The notes: generated by a model from the letters alone, not told the origin. Positions 38,144 through 53,006 are shown, counted from the stretch's first letter. The stretch: 64,000 nt of DNA from Podarcis cretensis (GCA_951804945.1 OX638151.1:75578001-75642000), one strand, 5' to 3'. Numbers and translations: made by a program.

Positions 38144-41100
38144 GTAAGAGGTTGCTTTCTTCATGTCAAAGTAAAATGACTTCTTTCCGAATACATTGCA
38201 AGTTTACGTATAACAGGAAGTTACAAATCTTGTACAAAGAATAAAAACATGGGTATGTTCCTAGTGGCTGCTTGAGCTGCCCTGTTCTCCAGCCAGTATT
38301 TGTTAAACAGAGAAACCACACATTCTTTCCTTAGGCTGCATACGGGACTTGTCTTTAACAGTCACATTCTGGATTGCTACAAATTTTCCTTCTGTCGTTT
38401 TAGGATTATGCAAGCATACGAAGGGGTAGCTTGGTACATATTCCACCCTATGTGACTCGGTCTGCCCTGAAGGTTGGGCCCAAGTCAGGTAGCTGAGTTG
38501 AGTCCCTGGATGCACATGTATTGCACCTGTGCTGAGCAGTTGATAGTCAGTGCAGTTGGCCAGCTGACCATGCTCACGGTCTCAGCAATAACATTTACAG
38601 CCCTGAACAACTTGGGACCAAGTTACTTGAAATACCTCCCCCCCCCCCCCCCCCGTATAGACCTGTAAGACAGCATGGCCAATAGTCAGGGAGGACTGGA
38701 GCTGTAATCCAGCAACATTTGAATTCCCCACCCCTGCTACAGAATTTACACCTTCTCTTAGAATGCTTGCATTCGAAGCAATAAACTGTTCTTGGGACTT
38801 GTAGATTTTTCTCTTTCCCCCTTTGCTTTCATCATATTATTTGCTTGCTGCAGAAGAAGCCTTTCTGAATTTGTCTATGCATGTATGTTCCATTTTCAAA
38901 ATTGCATTTATGGCTGCCACTGTAGACTACTTCCCCTATCCCCGATCTGAAGTTCCATCAACTTATGTGATTAAATAACTCCCTACTACAACCTGAATCG
39001 TAGAATTGTAGAGTTGGAAGGGACCCCAACGGTCATCTAGTCCATATATTTCTCGCTCTCCTAAGGCAACGATCCCTTGCGATGTCATCTAGCGGGCTCA
39101 GGGGACAGCCCATCATATATTATACTGATGGATATAATCAGTGAGAAGACTTTAACCAGTGAACTTGATTCAGAGCATACTTTCAGTGTAGGCTTGAAAA
39201 CATAGATAACTTGTTCAGTGCAAGACCAAAACAAAAAACCATTGAGCCTCTACTGTATATTTGCATCTTTTTGTATCATAATTTGATTTCATCCTAAGAA
39301 CATTTCTAACCTTAGATAGAACTGCATGAGAAAAAATACGTGGGAGAAGGATGTGGAATATTATCCAAGTCATTTCCTCAATCTGTCCCTTTTTTCCAAT
39401 GGGGATTTAAAACCCAATTATAAAATAAGCTTTATTTCTGTCATGCTGTGCACATGATAGCTAATTAAAAAATCAGTACCTCTCATACGTTTAATTCATC
39501 ACCTGTCCTCATCTTTTCTTTAGAGCAATCCCTTTATACATTTTCACGATTGCCAAAAGTTTTTGTGTGTGTGTCTGAGCACAACTGTAAGCAATGAGTA
39601 ACTTCAACGTTGCTTTCTTTTCTTTAATGACTGTTCAGTTTGATATCAAGGACCACAGTTGGCTTCTGAACTTAAGAGTGAGGCTGACAAATCCATTCAT
39701 TTTCATACTAAATTTAGATCCTGCCTTTTCTCCAAGGAGCTCAAGGCAACTTCATAGTTCTCTTTCTGCCTCCCATTTATCCTCACAGCAACCCTGTGAA
39801 GTGGGTTATACTGAGAGTTGCCCAAAATCATCCAGTGAGTTTCATGATGGAGTGGGAATTTGAACCCTGGTCTTCCAGGTCCTAGTCTGACACTCTGGTT
39901 CTGCATTTAAAATGTGGAAGACTGGTGCGAGTGCAACTTGTACTTCTGTTTCCTTTGTTTATCTGTAAAATTTGGAATAGCTCTAAAGGAAGCTGAGGTC
40001 TTCCAGATGATGTTGGACTCCCATCATCCTTAACCATTAGCCATAGGAGCTGGAAGCTGAAGCCCAACAACCTGCTGGGGGGTAAGGATAATAATAATAA
40101 TAATAGTAATAATACCTTTACTGTCAATGTACAACCTGTGTACAATGAAATTAACCAAGCCTCCCTCCCCCCCCCACAAACACTCAATCTCATTGCACTC
40201 TGTGTGCTTGTCGCACAAGTCACCAACCCCAAAAGTCAGTTGCACTATATTATTTTCCGTTCAGCAGCCTAACAGCCCACAGATAGAAACTGTTTTTTAG
40301 CCTGTTGGTACGACTGATTATACTTCTATATCTCCTGCCCGAGGGTAGGACATTAAAGAGGTTAAAGACTGTCTGTGGCTGTCAAGCCATTGTACCACAC
40401 TGTGATACAATATGAGAGGACATTTTCTATTGTGGACCGGTAGAAGGAGGTAAATCAATTGTTGTTTAACATTGTTCTTTCACAAGACCCTAAGAAAATG
40501 AGGTTTCTGATGGGCCTTCCTAACCACCTGAGTTATATTGTTTTTCCAAGTGAGGTCTTCACTAAGGTAAACTCCCAGGAATTTAAAGGAAGAGACTGTC
40601 TCCACACAACCCCCCAATATACAACGGGGCTAATTCCCCTCTCTTCCTCCGATAACTTCTGTCTGCCCTAAAGTACTTCAGACTGTTAGCTTTTAAGTTG
40701 ACTTCCAGTCAAACGTTTCTGGCCTTTGATGTGGCCAGAAAAGATGAAGTTTGGGACTTTGGGTGAGAGTCAAGATGAATGTTCAGCATCTATTCTACCA
40801 TTCTCCTGCTAAGCCACAAGGAAGAAGATGCTGCATCCCAGAGAATGCTGGTGCTTACACTGTACATTAAAGTGAAAACTTTACTAACTCTACCAATACA
40901 ATAGGCATAGCTGTTGTTTGTTAATTCAGACATACCAAGCCATGATTAGCCGAGCCATAGTTTGTAAACCCACATTACACTACATTTCCTTGCCCCCTTT
41001 TCTTTTTCAGCTTATCACACACTGTGGTTTGTCAATTCGGGCATCACGCCAAACCAAAGTAAAGCATAATTAATCATGGATTGACATGATGGCTGAATTA

Positions 41101-41541
41101 GCCCAACACGATCCTGACCCAACAGAAATGCCTGTTGTTTTCTTAGTGTCATGCATTGTAATATCGCTGAGCATTGGCAGTACCAAAAAATACCAACAGT
41201 AGTAGCAAGTATTGGCAACGGCATTTCTGATTCACATTGAAATAAAGGGTAAAAGTAAAGATTCCTTGTGTTAGTAGTTATTGTTAATTTCGTTGGGTTG
41301 TTTAATATTGTAGCCAATCTCTCCTATATTTATAGAAAAGTCAATACTGCACAGTGTATCTGTAGCTTGAGTAATTTCACTGTTGTGAGTAGATCTTTCT
41401 GCATACTGATGATCTCAAATCCTAAAAAGCCCACAGTAATTATTTTTTCACACAAAGAACCAACAGAGATGTGATTTTCCCTTTGCTTAACCCATATTAA
41501 GAGTTTATGATTACTGACAGTATCTCGCCACTCCCTATATA

Positions 41542-42319
41542 CCGTATTTTTCGCCCTATAGGACGCACTTTTTCCCCTCCAAAAATGAAGGGAAAATGTG
41601 TGTGTGTCCTATAGGGCAAATACAGGCTTCAGGAAGCTCTGCGCAACCCTCCGGAGGGTCGCGCAGAGCTGCCTGCCCTCCCGGGCTCCGCGCAGCTCTG
41701 CGCGACCTCGGGAGCCCGGCGCCAAGCCGCGCTGGCCTCTGGAGGGTCGCACAGAGCTGCCTGCCCTCCCGGGCTCCGCGCAGCTCTGCGCGACCTCGGG
41801 AGCCCGGCGCCAAGCCGCGCTAGCCTCTGGAGGGTTGCGCAGAGCTGCCTGCCCTCCCGGGCTCCGCTCAGCTCTGCGCGACCTCGGGAGCCCGGCGCCA
41901 AGCTGCGCTGGCCTCTGGAGGGCCGTGCAGAGCTGCCTGCCCTCCCAGGCTCCTTGCAGCTCTGCGCGACCTCGGGAGCCCGGCGCCAAGCCGCGCTGGC
42001 CTCTGGAGGGTCGCACAGAGCTGCCTGCATGACCCTCGGGAGCCTGGCGCCAAGCCGCGCTGGCCTCCGGAGGGTTGCGCAGAGCTGCCTGCTCTCCCGG
42101 GCTTCGCACAGCTGTCCGCAAGCCTGGGGAGACCGGCGCGGCTCCCTAGGCTTGCGGATAGCAGGCTGTTCTGGGGGCTGGGGTCGGGGGAAACTCAGGC
42201 TTCCCCCACACCAGCCCCGTGCCTAGGGGGTAAATAATTTTTTCTCTTTATTTCCCCCCTCCCAAAAAAAACTAGGTGCATCCTATAGGGCGGTGCATCC
42301 TATGGGGCGAAAAATACGG
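41542..42319. mobile_element. Tc1/mariner-superfamily (Tc2-like) non-autonomous element carrying a GC-rich minisatellite
   Basis: TA-CCGTATTTTTCGCCCTATAGGACGCAC...GTGCATCCTATGGGGCGAAAAATACGG-TA long TIRs with TA TSD. Confidence 0.88.
41653..42115. repeat. 88-bp GC-rich tandem repeat, about 5.5 units
   Basis: GGAGGG unit starts at 41653, 41741, 41829, 41917 and 42005 (spacing 88), then 42069 after an internally deleted unit. Confidence 0.92.
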
Positions 42320-45300
42320 TATATTGATTGTATATAAGTCTTATATTCCAATGCTGGTTTAGTAACCGGATTTGTAATGGCTTTTAGTCAAATACAATAA
42401 ATGATTGATTGATTGATTGATAGAAGTCTTATGTGAACTAGATTCAAATTAAAAGGAAGCAGATGTTAAAAGGTAGGAAGATAGAGATGGGAATCTAATC
42501 TGTTTAACGTCTTGGTTACGATGCTTTCATTTGATAGCCTCTCTGAAAAAATGCTGATATTTTAAACATAGATCAATTAGCAAAGTGTTTGGGCATTCTG
42601 TAAACTGGATTAATAAGCATTTAAAATATACTCTGTGATTAGGTATTAGGTTTTTGTATATTTAACCATTGGAACATGCAAATGTACTATCAGATGGTTA
42701 CCACTGAGTGAGTTAATTATACCCATAGACCCTTGACTTAACAGCATCATTGAGTGCAAGGGTGTGAGTCTCCATAGTCTTTATACTCTGCTGAAAACAT
42801 CCTATATTCTGGGCAGCCCATTTCCCTTATGAAGATTTTTTAATATATAATTTATTGCTATGAGTTAGGATGCTGCCTTATAGCAAGTCAGGCCTTTGGC
42901 CCATCTAAGTCAGTATTGTCTGCACTGACTGGCAGCAGCTTTCAGACTGGGAGTCTTTGTGTCTGCCATGCCTTGCCTGCTTTGCAAAGCTGTCTTGGCT
43001 CTTTTGCCTTTTAAATTGTTGGAAGGGAATGGAAGGGTGTCCACCATTAAAGGCTCCAGGCAAGTGTGACATTTTATTAGTTCTACTGTAGAGGAGGCAG
43101 CTGTGTCTTGTCTGTTCACTGATCCTTGATGTGCCTGGGATCTGCGAAGTTGACTCATTCTGTCTCTGGTAGAAAAAGGATTTGACTCCTGAGATTAGGC
43201 TGTGCGCCTTTTAACTCACTGTCTGCTAAAGCAGCGTGAAATTTAGTTGTAACCCCCCACCCCCAAACAGCCGTCGTATCCTAGATGTTAAAACGCCTAG
43301 CCAAAGGAGAAACAACCATCAGTCAAATTTCTTAACCCTGAATCGCAAGAGAGTGAAGTTTAACTCTGCATCTTGAAATATGGGAAGTCAAAATCCGTGC
43401 CTTTCATGGGATGCCCTGGACCTGAAACGAAAGTGAATCTCCACCGCGATACTTCTGTAATGGCTGCTGCCATCTGGGTTGTTGTTGTTTTTCTGTCTGC
43501 TTCAGAAGGCTGCAGCTCAGTGTAGAGCAAAGCTGTTTCACAAGCACAGCAGCCCAGGTTCAGTCTCTGGGTTCACGGGCTAAGAAGAATCAAGTAACAT
43601 CTGCCCTTGAAGAGCTGATGCCAAGCGAAGTGCCCTGTACCTTGTGTCTGACTCAGAATAAGGAAGCATCCGATGCTGCTGAACTTGTTTTTAACAGCAT
43701 GTTCTCTTTCTTACTGGCCGGAGAAGAAGAGGTGTAAATCTTCCCCACTCTCCTCTCTGCAGTGTGTTCTGTTCAGCTTTCTTCATTCATCCTCTGTGTT
43801 ATCTGCCTTTCATTGCAGGCTTCTGGCAGTAGCTCAGTGCCAGAGTACAGGCTGCTAGACAATCTGCAGCATCTTTTCAAACACCTTCTCACTCTGCATG
43901 ATGTGCGACCCATCACACACACACACTTGCATTCCTTCCAGTGAGAGATTCTGCTGCCGGAATTCTTTTCAACACAGCAGCCTCTTGGTTTTCTGTCTTC
44001 TGTAGGGAGATACAGTACCTTGGCAACTTTCTGTGTTAACAATTTCTGCTATCAGGCAGAGAAATCTGTCTGGTTAACTTTTCTGAGAAGCTGTGCCCCG
44101 TGTGCTCACTCACTCTCCTCACCCTCCAGCTTCCTGTTGCTCCTTTTGCTTAGCAGTGGAATGGCTGTGAAAGGCCTGCAGAGGGAGAAAGCGAAGCTGT
44201 CCTGCATGGGGGGTACGTTGGGGCATCTGAAAATTCCTTATATAGCTTTTGATTTTGAAAACCTTTTCATCTGAGAACTGAGAACTATCTTAACAGTTGT
44301 GTGAGGCATCACACACTGGTGATGGTGGGGGGGGGTACAGCTATTCAAAAAGTGCTGCCTCTGTTTCACAGGCCAATCCTTGGTTTACAAAAGTAGGGCA
44401 ACAACTTCGGCCAAGTTCTCTGATGGATAAAGTCTTTGGTCCCTGGAGGGGACTTAACCTGCACTGCCGATCCTTCAGTGAGCAGTGGTTGACTCCTATG
44501 ATTCAGTACACTTGATTTTTGTTTGGGAACCTGGCTTGCATGCGAGTTAAGATCTGAACCAACTATGGTCTGCTGTATTCAGAGGCAACAGCAGACAGTG
44601 GTTTGCTACTAGGTGGAAGCAGAAGCTTCTAATCTCTCCTGTTTGGGGACAAGTAGGAGGTAGCACACAAGCCCAAGGCTAGTTGCTACTCGTGTCAACA
44701 TGGTTTGACGGATTGTCTGAATGTGGCTGTCTCCACTCCAAGCAACATTAGGCAACGAAGCTCTTTGCTGTCATGCACAGTATGATAAGATTGCAGAAAT
44801 GCTGATAGACAGGATAAGATTAATTATTACTTCAGCATATTTGCATGTGTCAGGACTAATTAGTATGTTCCTTTTTATTAAGTTGCAAAGGAGTGCAAGG
44901 AGATGTTGAGTTATACTTGACATTTCTGTGCCATACATGATTATGGACACATATGCTTCTGAAAAGGAACACAATTATTGTTTCTGGAGCAAAAGAGCAT
45001 TAACATACATTCTAATCCTTGTAAGGTTTTCCGTATTGTCCTGTTGCTGTCAAAATCACATTTTATTTTGTTACTTTTTTTTGTGAGGAAAGGTGGGGAT
45101 AGATGATGATGATGACTGAGGATTTTGCAAGACATCAGGTCTAGATGTGTGATTGAATGTGAGGTTAAATATTAGAATGAACAGGACATCCATAATGCAA
45201 GTCCTCCTTTCTTTAGAGCCAACAAGCTATGATTCTTGCAGGAAAAAGAATCTTGTGGGGTCAGAAGAACACGGAGTGGTAGTCAACCAAGTTACTCATG

Positions 45301-45424
45301 GTCATTAACTTATTGCCCTACTCTGAGTTAAAGTTAGTTGAATGCAGCCCATTGCTATTAAATATCCTCATCCCGTATACTTGGTTTTACAGTTGTAAGT
45401 GCTTTCCTTTTTCTCTTAATGTAG

Positions 45425-45616
45425 GTCTTCTGCACTGGGTGAAACTGATAGACAACTTCGATGCAGAATATGAATATGTCACCAATGAGGGAACTGTGTT
45501 CACCTTCAAGACAAACCGTCATGCTCCAAATTATCGACTAATTAACATTGATTTTAGTGACCCTGAGGAATCCAAGTGGAAAGTGCTGGTTCCTGAACAC
45601 GGAAGAGACGTTCTGG
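45425..45616 (+). CDS. PREP: PREP coding exon 8 ([23 protein letters not shown]...VPEHGRDVL)
   Basis: TAG acceptor, GTAAGA donor, 192 nt. Confidence 0.97.
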
Positions 45617-46589
45617 GTAAGAATATTAAGTTACAAAGGAGAAAGAGGCCACATACTAAACTTTGTAATAACTCGGAAGGACTTTCACCTTGCACCAACA
45701 GTCTCTTAAGTTTAAGAAATGTTGTGAGGCGGAATTTCACGTTGTCTTTTAGCAGCAGTTCTACAACCATGGCATATGAACCACAAACAAGTAGCGCACA
45801 GTGAAACAGAATAGTTGTTTTAAGTTGTATCTGACTAAGTAATACTCAGGGTAGGCCCATGGAAATCAATGTGCTCAGAGTATGGCTTATCTGGATGGTG
45901 CAAAGATGGGGCAGTGGTGAGGCTGAAGTGATCTGGGTGCACCAAGAGAGCCAGTCCTGTGTGCCTTCATAATCCCAACTTCACCGCTGCCCATCCAGGT
46001 AAGCAGCAGCAATGCTGGTGTTGGGAAGGTGTCCTTACAGCACCGCACCGCCAGCTAATTCTCTTTTAGGCACTGTGGGGGAAATCTTCTCCCACCCAAT
46101 TGCTAGATTCCTGTATACCAGAACTGCAGAAATTATAATACTCAAGTTGTGTGAGAGCGCTTTATTCCTAAAGAGCAACTTGTCCTGATGCTAACAGGCC
46201 AAGCTGCCGTTGTGTCACATTGCTTTAGTCTCTTCCCAGATTTGCCTCGGAAAGAAATAATTATATCAGAAGGCAGTTAATAATTTATCACTCTGAAGGC
46301 TTTGCAGTCAAGTTAATTTTTGATTTTACCTGATAAAGATGACATATTAATGAAGTGCCTTCTGCAAAAACAAGATGTGTAAGAATTCAAAGGTTAAATG
46401 GTTACTTAGCATGAAGTGATTCATTGCCGTGGCTTAATCAGCACTTGACACCACTGCTCTCAAATTCTAGATAGCACAATGATTGTAAACATTCTTCTTT
46501 AGCCCTTTTCTATGTACCTTTACCTTTACCTTTTATGTATATTTAAGCACACAAACTAAGGCTTCTTTTTTTTCGTTTAGCACTTTTAG

Positions 46590-46694
46590 GAGACATCTGA
46601 AGGCAGCCCTGTTTAGGTTATTGTATTTTAATATTCTGTTGGAAGCCGCCCAGAGTGGCTGGGGAAACCCAGCCAGATGGGCGGGATATAAATA

Positions 46695-46758
<64 letters not shown>
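46590..46758 (+). mobile_element. LINE 3' end (probably L2-like) with long (ATT)n tail
   Basis: GGAAGCCGCCCAGAGTGGCTGGGGAAACCCAGCCAGATGGGCGGG followed by about 20 ATT units. Related pieces at 36730-36848 (-) and 60515-60607 (+). Family assignment is tentative. Confidence 0.65.
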
Positions 46759-48542
46759 GAGAAACATGAAAACTACTCCTGTGCCACTATTTGGAAGTGC
46801 CTTGGGTGTTTTATATTGTGAAACCTTTCCCACATCTCAGGCAAAATAAATGCAAAGTACATACGAATGGAAGGCCTGCCGATCTGCAATCCAATCCTAA
46901 ACATGTGTACTCAGAAACAGAGCCAACTGATGGCAGACCTAGGCCCCTAACCAAGCCAAAGTTAGTAGTGGCCAAATCCCGTTTAAAACAGTGGAACTGA
47001 TGTCTTCCATTAGTACTTGTAGCTGTGTAGCTCAGACAAATCCACCGTATTCATTGTTGGGACTTACTCCTTAGTATGTTTAGGAATGAAGTTTTGGTCT
47101 TTGCTAAAAATGGGTTTTAAGACTGATTCACGTGAAGATGTTTTGCTCCCTACTGGATCAGTCTTTGGTATGCTCATGTGGGCACACACTGCATGTGAAC
47201 TGGAAAGTTGCAGCCACAGCCAGGAGCATCAGTTCATAGAAAGTCACTGTAGGCCAGGTCAGGCCACTTCTCCATCTGTCCCAGTATTGTCCACTCTGAA
47301 GGGCAGTTGTCTGTCCATGATTTCCAGGAGAGGTCTTTCCCATCTCCTGCTCCCTGATCATTTAAGCTAGGAGTGCCAGGAATCCATATAGTGTTTGCCC
47401 TGATCATGGAGGGCACTTCTCCAGCTCTTTTCATTGTGGGGAGTTCTGCTGACTACAGCAGTGATTGCCTGGCTGACACCAGATATTGTCCTCATACCTG
47501 AGGATTTGGGGAAGTGTTTGCATGTAAAGGATACGCCTTCTGTGAACCAGCCCTTGGTGAGAGTTTTCTATTAAGTGTCCATTGCCATGTTCCAATGGGG
47601 CAGGTATACCGTCAGTCTTGTAGTGGTCTTGATTCCTTTAACAGCCACTTGAGAAATCTAGCTTTGCATCACCATCTCCTGTTTTCTGTAGGCTGGGCTG
47701 CCAGCTGCATCAACACAGACGTATTACCTCCCCAATCCTTCTTTTCCCCCCAAATAGCATTGCTTAAATAACAATACACTGTTGTTATGCTTTATGGTAG
47801 CTACTGCTGCTGAACAGCATAATGTTTAGGCAAAAACTGCTCTCATTGATGAAAGTGTAGAAATGGCAAAAAGATATGCCAGTTTTCTCTTTCAGCTGAC
47901 GCATTGTTTTTTTTTTTTCTACCCCAAAGCACAAAACAAGAGTTGAGTTATAAGGAGAGGTTTCACACAGAGTTGAGATAAATTTAGAATGCAATTCTGT
48001 GAATTGAGAAGTGGGGGGAACCACAGATTTTGAAAGGCAGCTCAAGGATATCTAAAATTCATGAAGGTCAGAATATTTGTTCCTTTTAAAGAGCTTTTTT
48101 TTTTTTAAGATGATTGGCATTATTTTCAGATATTTTTCAACCTTGCTTTTTTATCTAAACACCTTAATACTAACAGAAGCTGTTAGAGAAGGCTCTGCCT
48201 GAATAAGCAGTGTTTTCTTGTTCTGCAGCATAATTTTTATTTGCGAGTTGCTTTTATCAATACAATTTGTGGCTAGAGATTAAAGCACATATTTTTGGCA
48301 GGTGTATCTGTATCCTTCCACTTGCCATTCAGGATTTCCATGCCCATGAAACTGGAACTCTCTGAAAATGAGGAGTCCCTGAATTCAGACAACCTCTTGT
48401 TCTTGTACTGCATCCTGTTCCAAGCCAACTTAGTTATTTGTCTGTCTCCCTGTGATAAATAAAATTTAGGCAGGTTCTCCTGCTGTAAGTAAGGAGAGAT
48501 ATGGGCACAGTTGCTGCAGTGATGTCCTGTGTTTAGAGCTTA

Positions 48543-48912
48543 AGGTAAAGGTAAAGGTACCCCTGCCCGTACGGGCCAGTCTTGACAGACTCTGGGGTTG
48601 TGCGCCCATCTCACTTAAGAGGCCGGGGGCCAGCGCTGTCCGGAGACACTTCCGGGTCACGTGGCCAGCGTGACATCGCTGCTCTGGCCAGAGCCAGAGC
48701 CAGAGCCGCACACGGAAACGCCATTTACCTTCCCGCTGTTAAGCGGTCCCTATTTATCTACTTGCACCCGGAGGTGCTTTCAAACTGCTAGGTTGGCAGG
48801 CGCTGGGACCGAGCAGCGGGAGCGCACCCCGCCGCAGGGATTCGAACCGCCGACCTTTCGATCGGCAAGCCCTAGGCGCTGAGGCTTTAACCCACAGCGC
48901 CACCTGCGTCCC
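48543..48912 (-). mobile_element. Sauria SINE, full length, young
   Basis: Near-identical reverse complement of the 24145 copy, with (GCTCTG)3 instead of 9. 13-bp TSD TGTTTAGAGCTTA (48530-48542 / 48915-48927). Confidence 0.93.
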
Positions 48913-50127
48913 AATGTTTAGAGCTTACAGTACTATAAAAAGAAGCAATTATTTCCTTTCCTTTCCTCCATTTTGTCATTTTAAAACAGCCTGTGTTTTT
49001 GTTTTGTAATTCTTTTTTCTTTTTCTTTTGGTTGGTCTGGTGGGCAAAGAATGCTAGTTGAACTAAGCCAGAAATTACTGCAAAATGTTTTGTATGATAA
49101 GTTATTTATGGAATTGGTTGAAAAGAAAATGGGATAACTTGCTTCAGCAGTAGCAGTCTTTGAGTAAATAAGATGTGGTTATGTTTTTCGGTGGTCTCTG
49201 TCTGCCTCCCTTCAATCTAACATTCTTAAATTAATAACCTGATTTGGCTGCCTACAGAGTCTTGATGTTGAGTGGATAGTATATAAATTTTAAAAGAATT
49301 AAAGTTATTAAGGTTCACTGGAGAATTAATGCTACCAAATCCTGAAGGGATCAGATTTGGGCTGTGACAGTGTGTGCTTCCTGTCTGAGAGATATGGTGC
49401 ACTCACCATCCATAGCCATGGTTAGCCATGTGAAGCGCAATGACGTTAACATTGCTTAATGTCAAGAAATCCTCTTTAAGAGTGAACCCTGGTTAGTGCA
49501 AATCCTTATTGATGTAAAAGGCCAACTGTGGTGAAGGGTTGTGGGTAAAATATTTTGACTTACCTTGCACTCCTTCACTCTCTGCCATGAGTAAGGGGTG
49601 CACCAAGAGTGCTAGGTATGTGTTATGTAATCCCTCTGTGATATCAGTAATGCAGATCACAATGCATCTTTGCTTCAGTTGTTTTATGAGAGAACAGATG
49701 TAGCTCTTTCTACATGCTGAGTATTCCCACAAGTTGTTAACTTTGCCGGACCCAGATGGGTTATCTGAAAGTTTCATTAATAACAATGTAGAATACATAC
49801 AGACAGTCTGCCATATGCTTGCTTACAAGCCAACATTTCATATTCTTGCTTACGTAAAACAACTACTTTTATGGGTCTGGTAAGCTTTCAGAATCTAATT
49901 GAACTTGTGTTTTTGCTTAGGGCCAAGCTGCATGCTACACTTAATTCACAATGGACAGCTTTCTCTTTTTCTTCTTAAATACAGGCATGCCCCCCACCCC
50001 CACAGTTATCAGGATCATGATGTGCAAGGAAGGGAAGCTTATTCCTTCCTTCCTCAGCTACAGCCCCTCCCTAGTGGGGCTGCAAAGCTTTGGCACCTAC
50101 TGGAACCTTTGCTCTAAAGTCACAGCC

Positions 50128-50313
50128 AGACCCTACATTAAAGCACATTTATACTACTACAGCTATCATAGCTTGCCCCAGAAGAATTCTGGGAATTGTA
50201 GTTCACCCCTAACAGAGCTACAGTTCCCAGCACCCTTAACAACAATTCCCACCGTCCCCAGGATTCTTTGTATGGAAGCATCAGAGTGTTTTAAATGTAA
50301 GGTGTGGGTGTGA
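50128..50313. mobile_element. Palindromic non-autonomous element (same family as 9530-9683)
   Basis: TACATTAAAGCAC...AAGAATTCTGGGAATTGTAG...CTACAGTTCCCAG...CCCAGGATTCTTTG...TTTAAATGTA. Confidence 0.65.
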
Positions 50314-50584
50314 CCTAAGCATCAGAAATGTGCAGGGTGTTGGGGGGGGGGCTGGGGAATCATGGCTTTGGGGGGGGGTTAAACCCCTCCCCCTGCATTG
50401 TAATGCTGTTCAGTTGGGTCCTCCATGCCTGTAATCAGATTAAAACAAATGATCTTGTGCATGAGGTTTAAAGTGTTTGGCCCTTGGATTTAAGAGCTAA
50501 GGAAATCTATATAACTATTGCACATTTTTAAACCAAGTGACTTTAGGTGTGTTCTGTTATGGTGATGTTTACTGCTTATTCTGA

Positions 50585-50884
<300 letters not shown>

Positions 50885-53006
50885 TAGTCTAGGGAAATTC
50901 TTTTTGCAAGAACCTATTTTGCAAGTCTCTTATTTTGGAACAACTTGTTTCACATGCTTGGTGGAGCATGGCAGCAGGTTGTCACTGTGTAGATGCAGAG
51001 TATGGAGTGTTTGCAATACCCAAAGATCTTGCAGAATTGAATCATGTCTGTGTGGCAAATAACCCTGCTTTATACTGAATGATATATTGAGATATACATA
51101 TACTGAATTATATATTGAAAGCACCTGTACTTAAATGGTGCTCTCATTCAGCCTATTGTGCAGATTAAATCAATCCCATATTCAACTGTAAGATTCCTAT
51201 TCGACCATATGGAATTCTGGCTTTTGTAAAATAACAAGTTTGACAATAGAATGATGACAATGGAAACAGTTTGTGTGCCTCTTGAGTGTTGCATCAAGGA
51301 TGACTGTCTATAAAGTCTAAACCACCAATGATTTGTGCTTATTGGGGTGTTTATTGGGGACCAGTTATCATCTTCATAAATAGTTTGCCAATTAGTGCCT
51401 TGTGTAATTATTTTTCATAGCTTTCTGAAAAGCTTTGTTCATGGTGATTTGTTAATGCTTCTTTTTAAATCCTGTAATTAGTTTACCATATTAGTTTTCA
51501 ATTTAGAGAAAAGCAAAAGGTAGTGAGGGAACTTAACCTATTCTAAAACCTCTTATTTACATTTTGTGAAGGAGGAGGTATTTTGATGTAAGGAAGTGAT
51601 GTAGTCATTGGACAGAGTGGTGTGGCTTATTTATAAAGTCAGTCAAATGATAAGATGAAGTTTTGATTTTTAGACAATACTGTTTCTTCCTGTGGGTGGG
51701 ATATTCCAAGTTCAAATGGCTCCCCAGCTAAAAAATAACAAGCCTGTCTGCACATAGCATGCCATGGAGAAGGGTTCAATATTTCCTCCTGCTGTTATAC
51801 TTTCTATATGCAGGGAGACCTTTGTGTGTGCACATAGAATAATTTAAACAAGCAGTTTCCCACCATTCAGACGAGCAGCTCGTAGGAGTACATTTCAGAT
51901 AAGGTTGTACAACACCACACTGCTCACTATATAAATGGTTGTCCATTTGTAAAGAATTAAGCGGCTGTCTCCAAACGGCTCTGAGGGCAGTTATTGTGAA
52001 ACTACTGCCTATACAAAAGATGCTACATAAATGAATAAAGGGGCTCTTTCTCCAGTATTCACTTCATAGGTAGCCATAATACCTTGTACTAGGCTTTTGT
52101 AAACAATCGTGGCGGTGGCCACATTCATAAGCTGGAAGATGTTGACATAAGAAAAGCCCCAGTGACCCATCTAGTCCAGCATGCAGTCTGTTCTCATGTG
52201 ACTTTATCAGCATAGTTTTTAAAGGACCATGGCTTTTTAGCAAGAAAGCTTACTTTGTGTTTTCAAAGCCCAGTAGTAGGATCAGTGCATGGACTTTCTT
52301 CTTTTAACACTGTAATTTACAGATTAGTTCTTGTGCCAAGGGGATCTGAGGAGACAAGCTTGAAAATTGCATTCTTCTTCATTCTCCTGAATTGGTTGGA
52401 CAACAAATTTGTTTCCTGTTGATAGCCTCAAGTTGTGGTTCCATTTCTGGTCTCCTTCAGATAGGGGGTGGGAAGGAAAAGAGAGGAAAGAAGCTGCTCT
52501 TAGCTGACTGCAGTTGTGCCAGCAACATTTAATAGCATTATCTTCTTTCTTGCACTCAGTTTCTTCTTTGCACTTCTCGTAGCCGTGTGTTTCAACACTT
52601 GCAGAAGTGTTACGGTGTCTTCTGTTGTTTTATAGAATGATGGCTTGTGCTGCCAACGTTGTATTCTTGAACATTTTAATTTTACGTTAGTAAACTGCCT
52701 TGAACCGGGGCTCTGCAGAGAGCTTTGCAGAACCGGGGCTCTGACATTCTGGTTCCAACCTGGTGTCTTGCAAGATGCTGACTACCAGCAGCTCTTGCTA
52801 ACTGTGAAGAGCTCTTGTTTCTTATCACCTCTTGATACTCAGCCCTCCCCACCCAGAAAGCCAGACAGAAGCTAGCAAAATCCTCAGAGTTAAGGAAGCA
52901 TTGTAAAATCAAAATACATCAACACACAAATGAGTCTGTGTGAAAATCACTGCAGCAGTGAGAAATGAAAGTGCAAGAAAGGAACTGTATTAGCAACAAG
53001 ATATTA

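Noticed and set aside
41556-42226. Several overlapping ORFs of 60-170 aa on both strands, and a superficially CRISPR-like repeat array
   Set aside because: These are products of a stop-poor, GC-rich 88-bp tandem repeat (88 is not a multiple of 3) inside a MITE. There are no unique spacers or cas genes, and the context is eukaryotic.
46618-46849. Poly-Asn/Ile/Leu ORFs
   Set aside because: Translations of an (ATT)n retroelement tail.
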